51,629 bases of DNA from assembly GCA_031409335.1 (NCBI GenBank), contig JANNWY010000155.1, positions 1 to 51,629 on the forward strand, read 5' to 3'. A program made the translations under genes and the position numbers. This DNA comes from Chthoniobacteraceae bacterium. Lineage in GTDB: Bacteria > Verrucomicrobiota > Verrucomicrobiia > Chthoniobacterales > Chthoniobacteraceae. Below the pieces are notes generated by a model that was not told the origin of the DNA, did no database searches, and saw only the letters and a list, made by a program, of their open reading frames with translations. Every line of letters begins with the position of its first letter. Position 1 is the stretch's first letter. Of this stretch, positions 47,701 through 51,629 are shown in pieces.

Positions 47701-50700
47701 GCCGCCGTCGGCCCACGTCATCGCGCCGTTGTTGAAGCCCGCGGTCACGCGGCCTGAACCGATATTCACGAGCGTACCCGCGCCGATGTTCAATGCGCCG
47801 AACTCGCGCGTGAGTCCGCTCATGTCGAACGTCGCAGCGGAATTCGCCGTGACGGAAACCGTCGCGCCGCGAAGCTGGCCGGTGCTCGCGAGCGTGACGC
47901 TGCCGGTGGGGTTCGTGCCGTCGCCGATGTTCAGCGTTCCGAAAAACGACGGGCTGTTTCCCGAGATGGTCATCGAGTTCGCGCCGAAGCGGAAAAGCGT
48001 GTTCCCGCCGACGATCGGGCCGCGCACATCCAGGGTGCCGCCATTGACGCCGGTGCTGAGCACACTGTTCGTCGTGAGCAGGATCGTGCGCGGCAGCGCG
48101 GCGGCGGTGTTGTTGTAAAACTGGAGCGTCCCGCCATTCATCCGCAACCGGCTGCTGGCCGCGCCAAGCTGCGCATCGTCTGCGAAGAAAAGCGTGCCCG
48201 CGCTGATCTGCGTGTCGCCCTGATACGAATTGGCGAAAGAGCCCAGCGTCACCGCGCCCGCGCCGGATTTCTCGTAGCCGCCCGCGCCGCCGATGGTTCC
48301 ATTCAGCGTCAGCGCAGTGCCCGCGTTTGCCGTGATCCCATTCACGAGCGACTGCACTGCGCCCGCCGCACGCACGACCGGCTGCGGAGTGGCTCCCAGA
48401 GTGACTCCGCGGCTCGTCGTCACGTTCGCCGTGTTGTTCAAAATCCCGCCTTGAATCGTGATGCCGTTGGAGAAATCGCCGAGCTGGTTGTCCGCGCCGA
48501 ACGCGAGCGTCCCGCCCCAAATCTCCACGCCGCCGACAAACGTGTTCGCGGTGATGCCATCGAGCGTGAGCGGCGATGCACCACCGCCCACTTTCACCAG
48601 CTTGCCAAAGCCGCTAATGACGCCCGCCGCACTGCCGAATGAACCTGAAGCCAGACGCAAATCCACCGGCGCGAAGGACGCCGCGCCCAGCCGCACCTCA
48701 TGCGGCAGCGTGGTCCCCGAGCCTAGCCCGCGGAAGCTGCGCCACGGCGTCCCGCTGGGCGCGGTCGCGCCGCTCAAATCAAGGAGGTAGGTGCCGGGGG
48801 GCGCGAGGCTTCCGCCGAAAGTGACGTTGGCGGAATTCAGCGCGCCCGCGCCCGAGATGGCGACGGTGCCGCCTTCGGCGAGCGTCCCACCGCCAATGGA
48901 AATCTGGCCGGAGAAGCCGTTGTCCGCACCCGTAATGAAAAGCGTACCGGCACCGTATTTGGCGAGACCGCCGGTTCCGGTGATCGCGCCGGAGAGCGTC
49001 GCACTATTCGCCTGCGTGTGGAGCGTGGCGGTCGCGTCCACGCTGATGGCGCGGGCACTGATCCAATTTCCGCTCAGCCGCAAAGTAGCGCCCGCGCCGG
49101 CGCTGAGCGCGAGGAAGTTGGCCGCGGGATCGGTGGCGTCGCCGAGGCGTGCGTCGGAGTCGATCTCGAGCGTGCCGCCGCCGAGATACGTGCCGCCGCG
49201 ATAAGTATTGAGGCCACTGAGCACGAGCGTGCCGCCGCCATCCTTCCGCACGCCGCCCGCGCCGGTAATGCTGCTCGAAAGGTTCAGCGCGCCCGCCGCG
49301 TTCGTGACGTTGAAGCCCGCCATGCCGCTGTTGGTCGTCACGAATGCCGTCAGCGTGTTCGCGCCCGCGCCCGTGTAGCGCAACTCCGCGCGATTCGCCG
49401 CGTCGCTGTGCCCGTTGAAAGTCAGCGACGCCGCGCCACCGAGCCGCGAGATGGCGGAGACTTCAATCTGCCCGCCGTCGATCGTGATGAGATTCGGAAT
49501 CGCATTCGCCGCGCCGGAAAGCACCAGCCGCCCGTGCCCGCTTTTCACGAGCGAAGACGCCGTCACGTTTCCCGAAAGGGTCAGGACATTCGTGGTGTTA
49601 CGCAGACCGATCACGCTCACGATGCCTTCGCTTCCCAAGTGTAACGGCGCGGTGACGGTGGCTGCGGCGACATTGCTGGCGAGCGCGCCGCTGCTGATCA
49701 CGATCGGATTCGGCGCGCCGAGCGTCTGGCCGGTCGCGGCGAAGAAGATCGAATTCACCACCGTGCCTGTTGCGGGATTCGTCACCGGGCCGGTGATGCG
49801 CATGTTGATCGGCCCACCGCCGGTGTTGAAGTTGTTGCTCGTGTTGTATTCGGTTGCCGCGTTCAGCAGCCGCACGCCGTTCGCGTCGCAGGTGACGAAG
49901 CCGGAGCCGGCGGCGTAGTTTTGCGGAGTGTTCGCCGAGTCGCCCAAGGCCCATGGAACAATGCTGATCGTCGTCGTGCCCGTGCCGCCACCGCCGCCCG
50001 TGAGCGCGCCGCCAAGCGAAGGCGCGATGATATTTCCCTGCGCCGCCGCGAGGCCCGGCGCGACTGCCGCGCCGCCGAGATTTGGCCCGGAGAAAGTCAC
50101 GGTGCCCGCCGGCACGCGGTTGAAATTGTTGATCGTAATTTCGGTGCCCGAAGTCGCCGCGCCCGTGGTGCTCGCGAAGATGGTCGTGAGGCCGCCCGCG
50201 TTTACGCTGCCGATGGTTTGCCGCACGATGCCGGCATTGCCGAAGATTTCCAAAAAGCTGCTGGTCACGCCGATGCCGATGCCCGCGGCGACGCGCGTGT
50301 TCACCACGGAATTCCCCGCGCTGTAGTTCAGCCGGAACGCACCGCCCTCGCTCACGTCGATGCCTGCCGTGTTCAGCACCGAGCCCGCCGCGCCGTCGAT
50401 GCTGATCGAGCCCGCGCTGTCGAGCGCCGCCGCCGCAAAGTCTCGTCCGCGCACCACGATCGCGCCGGTGAACGTGTTGATGCCGCCGAGTCCCAGCACG
50501 CTCGTCGTTCCCGAGCCCGCACTGCTCGTCACGCCGCCCGGGCCGCTGAGCACGCCCGTCAGCGCGAGCACCTGGACGCCGTTGAATTTCAAATCGGCAT
50601 TCAGCGCGACGTCGTTGGCGATGCTCGTGGTGGCGCTGCTGCGCAGGCTCCCGCCATTGATCGTGAGCACGTTCGTGCGCGCACCGAGCGCGCGCGTGTT

Positions 50701-51327
50701 CCCCACGGAGAACGTGCCCGAGTCCAGCCGCACGCCGCCGGAAAAGGTATTCGCGCCGGAGAGCGTCACCACGCCAGTGCCCGCGTTCCCCGCATCCGTG
50801 CTGATGACGAGCGGCGCCCCTACGCCGGTGTTCGAAGAGACGATGCCCGAAACCGTCAGCCCCGCCGCGCCCGCGCCATCGAAGGTCAGCGAAGTCAGCC
50901 CCTGCCCGAACACCACGGGCGCGGACAGCACCGTGGTGAGATCGGACCCGAGATTGCCAATCACGCCCGCCCCGCCGGTGAACGCATAATCGCCGCCCAG
51001 CGTGCTGGTGAGCGCGAAAGTCCCCCCGCTGAAGTTCGCGAGATCGAGCCGGTTGAGCGTGAGGTTCAAATCGTTTGCCGCGGTGAAAGTTCCCCCGGTG
51101 AGCGCGAAGTTTTGCAACGTGAGCGCGAGCGCCGCACTCGAAGCCGGCACCGGCCCTGCGCCGAAATTCCAGACAAGCGGAGTCGTGAAGGTGCCATTGG
51201 TCGGCGCTGTGAAAGTCTGCGCCGAAGCCGATCCGGCGGCGATGAGCAGCGCGGCGATGCCGGCGGTGAGAGGACGCGGACGGAGAAGCCGCGCGGAATC
51301 CCGGCGGGGAGTGGAGTGATTTTTCAT
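41701..51327 (-). CDS. Giant (3208 aa) surface protein with autotransporter-associated beta-strand repeats and PEP-CTERM sorting signal
   Basis: Signal peptide (LTAGIAALLIAAGSASA-Q); many LTKxGxGTLxLxxxNTY/FxG repeats; C-terminal VPEPTAMGLLCFATGLLGLRPRRRM. Confidence 0.92.
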   Translation of the reverse strand: MKNHSTPRRDSARLLRPRPLTAGIAALLIAAGSASAQTFTAPTNGTFTTPLVWNFGAGPVPASSAALALTLQNFALTGGTFTAANDLNLTLNRLDLANFSGGTFALTSTLGGDYAFTGGAGVIGNLGSDLTTVLSAPVVFGQGLTSLTFDGAGAAGLTVSGIVSSNTGVGAPLVISTDAGNAGTGVVTLSGANTFSGGVRLDSGTFSVGNTRALGARTNVLTINGGSLRSSATTSIANDVALNADLKFNGVQVLALTGVLSGPGGVTSSAGSGTTSVLGLGGINTFTGAIVVRGRDFAAAALDSAGSISIDGAAGSVLNTAGIDVSEGGAFRLNYSAGNSVVNTRVAAGIGIGVTSSFLEIFGNAGIVRQTIGSVNAGGLTTIFASTTGAATSGTEITINNFNRVPAGTVTFSGPNLGGAAVAPGLAAAQGNIIAPSLGGALTGGGGGTGTTTISIVPWALGDSANTPQNYAAGSGFVTCDANGVRLLNAATEYNTSNNFNTGGGPINMRITGPVTNPATGTVVNSIFFAATGQTLGAPNPIVISSGALASNVAAATVTAPLHLGSEGIVSVIGLRNTTNVLTLSGNVTASSLVKSGHGRLVLSGAANAIPNLITIDGGQIEVSAISRLGGAASLTFNGHSDAANRAELRYTGAGANTLTAFVTTNSGMAGFNVTNAAGALNLSSSITGAGGVRKDGGGTLVLSGLNTYRGGTYLGGGTLEIDSDARLGDATDPAANFLALSAGAGATLRLSGNWISARAISVDATATLHTQANSATLSGAITGTGGLAKYGAGTLFITGADNGFSGQISIGGGTLAEGGTVAISGAGALNSANVTFGGSLAPPGTYLLDLSGATAPSGTPWRSFRGLGSGTTLPHEVRLGAASFAPVDLRLASGSFGSAAGVISGFGKLVKVGGGASPLTLDGITANTFVGGVEIWGGTLAFGADNQLGDFSNGITIQGGILNNTANVTTSRGVTLGATPQPVVRAAGAVQSLVNGITANAGTALTLNGTIGGAGGYEKSGAGAVTLGSFANSYQGDTQISAGTLFFADDAQLGAASSRLRMNGGTLQFYNNTAAALPRTILLTTNSVLSTGVNGGTLDVRGPIVGGNTLFRFGANSMTISGNSPSFFGTLNIGDGTNPTGSVTLASTGQLRGATVSVTANSAATFDMSGLTREFGALNIGAGTLVNIGSGRVTAGFNNGAMTWADGGIAGAVGSSFAKVGAGPLAISGVSSLQDGFQLLSGTGTTTVSGNGMFALVNAFTIGAWGDSANRGPVLHLDNTGTNNTFRIPDSQGIDSNSGELQFSSNAGVASFEFAASLRGAGMSIVTMTTGGTLSFNDAFNGLTRGQNSTFLFRAGSGNLGSGVATTTTPNLVFANPLALIGGGGPAGSTTISILPYAMGGVSTTDAGISFVTHGASGIRPLNTATENNANLIIAGPTENVRLNNGTLTTTTLSGADKTVNSLVLAGADNTTRIESVAGERLILESGALLSAAGNVFAINSAGTEGVPLGIQAAQLQTGAGNSRELNVFAVGDLAIGTTVTTSGGLTKSGAGALYLTNAANSYTGITTVNAGSLVIDNLAALGNSAQLQLGGGFFKYRGGDATLANHPVIATNAGFSVGGSAGIHVVSGTTLTVPNTSFVSGFGGVLKDGTGVLALPLSTNTGATLIAAGALAISDPVGLGINQRVVFTNSAISAAGGQTLRFDAPMALTQDFITNTAQPGVGFGFDTNGNDVTLSGTILSSTSTRGLYKFGAGELNLTATEMFTGATQVFGGTLRLSGADGSILNSTGTGGFDSAATVSVNSAATLLLDNAAANNNNRLPDVWDTPFGTSDGASGKLRVNGGELKIIGNAAGTHERINQFDISAGTITLSGGGTTVESGQFRRAFANSTGLIRGTNLGGTPGLGSTNWFVQSLGAGGVQLGGAGGAEGTPFINILSGFMGDTSATGVGTGLLTYAADTGFRLLTAGEYTTAIPVGNLDLNRAPNVILSGSTQVNQTTAITALRLNGPGTTVSGSGTLILAQSTVLVEANTSATINVSSLSTNIAGGNTGYNFLTPGAVTTLTIASTLPSAGLWKYGAGTLRLEGRYAGGSFVDVAQGKLVLGSSGALNPMQNVFVHRNATLDLGGGDRTIGSLSTTSAIGAFNMGQVLDGAVLLGLNRLTLYDGTNATFTGGVSGDGGLTKAFDSVGTSTFTQPLNFLGSTILRGGTLRLAEAGRLSTGGVDIRGGALEFNNTDDNAAAGGYLADRISNLAAIELAGGSIVFTENNHTPGNHALGIVRLGGGGLLTITNGSSAPSTVTIGDLIRPRGTLVVNATNLGLTQSPVGNARVFLTQINGTFPTSALIGGGGAVGTTMQSILPWASDVGGSFLTYGTDGLRPLAVSEYDTALGNPPANVRTTAPQFLFAPTTANALLITSGDVTGSQDLTLTSGALTTTAGVNIGANTNTLLTSAGNTRDLVVNNTAGTTALNFKITTSGGVTKTGAGSLTLGATNTFTGGLNIEQGYVNFSKDTTLGAPGGAVRFGGGSSALAALLNYTGSRLTFTRPVETTALGYFTSGAANVRWKIDGAISGAGGVGYFNSVAGQAVFKINAANTYTGPTHWLSGHLYPGTNSAFGNGSEFILQTDGTQNIVLRNVNWTTDRLIHIATGGAIQTGGSAATWSGQLVGTGTLAKNGAGTLTLTEAESWTGALTVNAGAVQLEARGSLAANANDHRVNAGAALLLDNSALTTDRLHDSAGRVILLGGSLHLVGANLIGSGTEEVLNDLTLTTGRASTVTVDAVAAGFAVLRISGGFTVLPGASLFRGTNLGVNAPGTAGSASILLTNATPPLTGGGAPAGHPSIGIIRGAFGDTIANGLGTQLVTYDFDKGVRLLDPNTEYTTTLNNGSAVTDNVKADGASIFLANATTANSLWLSNGGSVSGAGTLTLIAGNLLVTGNANTIANPVTAGANALAVGGPGNVTLNGAVGGGGGLIKQGTGTLTLNAANTYFGTTVLAAGTVALGNAGAFSNTEVQIQGGEIRNNTGGLLTLANNVTLNGALVVTGTQNLTVTGSVLINNAQREINVATSTVTVRLNGPVSANQLLIDYGITKTGPGTLTLNGSQNYDVLTTNGGTTNLNTPLGTGESIINANATTHIGASQTLAELNIGPVAVVTLGSPIPSPAPIGEDWSDPSLDSLAADSPQAVPEPTAMGLLCFATGLLGLRPRRRM

Positions 51328-51490
51328 GGTTCTGGATGTGGAGGTGGAGGATTGAAAATCCGACAACCGGAGCTGGCACCCGAATGGGCATGGGGGCGAT
51401 TCTCCTGACCGCTTCCTGAGATGTTGAGAACATCCGCGCGAAATCGCGAGGCATTTTTTCCTATCGCAAATGCCTCCCGCCACGCCGGAA

Positions 51491-51629
51491 GGGTGTCATT
51501 AATTGTGGTGCATGCTTGGGATGGGTTGGTGAGGGGGCCAGAAGGCGTCCCAATGTTGGTTGGCGCGCAGGACGCGGAGTTGGGCGAGGGCGTCAGCGTT
51601 GGCCGGCAGCCAGGCGGTGCCGGCGCCTT
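51491..51629 (-). mobile_element. End of an ISKra4/ISLre2-like insertion sequence (transposase C-terminus 51499->51629 plus putative terminal IR)
   Basis: Manual translation ...GAGTAWLPANADALAQLRVLRANQHWDAFWPPHQPIPSMHHN* fits the G-x-G-x-x-W...LR...W..FW tail of these transposases. gggtgtcattaattgtgg at 51491 is the candidate terminus. Confidence 0.6.

Noticed and set aside
51440..51475. Sigma70 promoter (TTGCGA -35 on the minus strand) next to the IS end
   Set aside because: No convincing -10 element at a suitable spacing.
1..51629. tRNA, rRNA, integrase or prophage genes
   Set aside because: None recognised by eye; tRNAscan-SE or Infernal would be needed to exclude small RNAs.

Overview
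A GC-rich bacterial contig, most likely Verrucomicrobiota (Chthoniobacterales-like). This is inferred from a PEP-CTERM protein with autotransporter-type repeats, a LEPR-XLL protein and the style of the intergenic palindromes. Left to right: (1) a minus-strand purine-catabolism operon (uraD-uraH-[GxxExxY]-allC-allB-[Hachiman hamA-hamB]-allE-CitE-like lyase-xdhA, the last running off the edge) with a divergent Zn-amidohydrolase; (2) an OmpR-type two-component system followed by secreted/outer-membrane genes, with three TTAAG-N6-TTAAG boxes and a duplicated leader; (3) a single-chain restriction-modification enzyme, a plant-PYD1-like dihydropyrimidine dehydrogenase, a ThuA protein and a wHTH regulator; (4) a ~13 kb divergent putative lipid/small-molecule biosynthetic cluster (AurF-like diiron oxygenase, desaturase, Rieske oxygenase, NTF2-like, alpha/beta hydrolase, PAP2 | two B12-radical SAM, two GNAT-like proteins, GH3 ligase) with two toxin-antitoxin-like pairs embedded; (5) rpmI-rplT-pheS, a Gfo/Idh/MocA oxidoreductase, a 3208-aa PEP-CTERM protein and the end of an IS at the right edge. 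At least six different REP-like palindrome families occur, several translated in-frame into neighbouring genes. The best candidates for undescribed systems are the biosynthetic cluster, the inverted-repeat-bounded GxxExxY cassette and the small TTAAG-box regulon. All family calls come from motif recognition by eye; no database searches were run.
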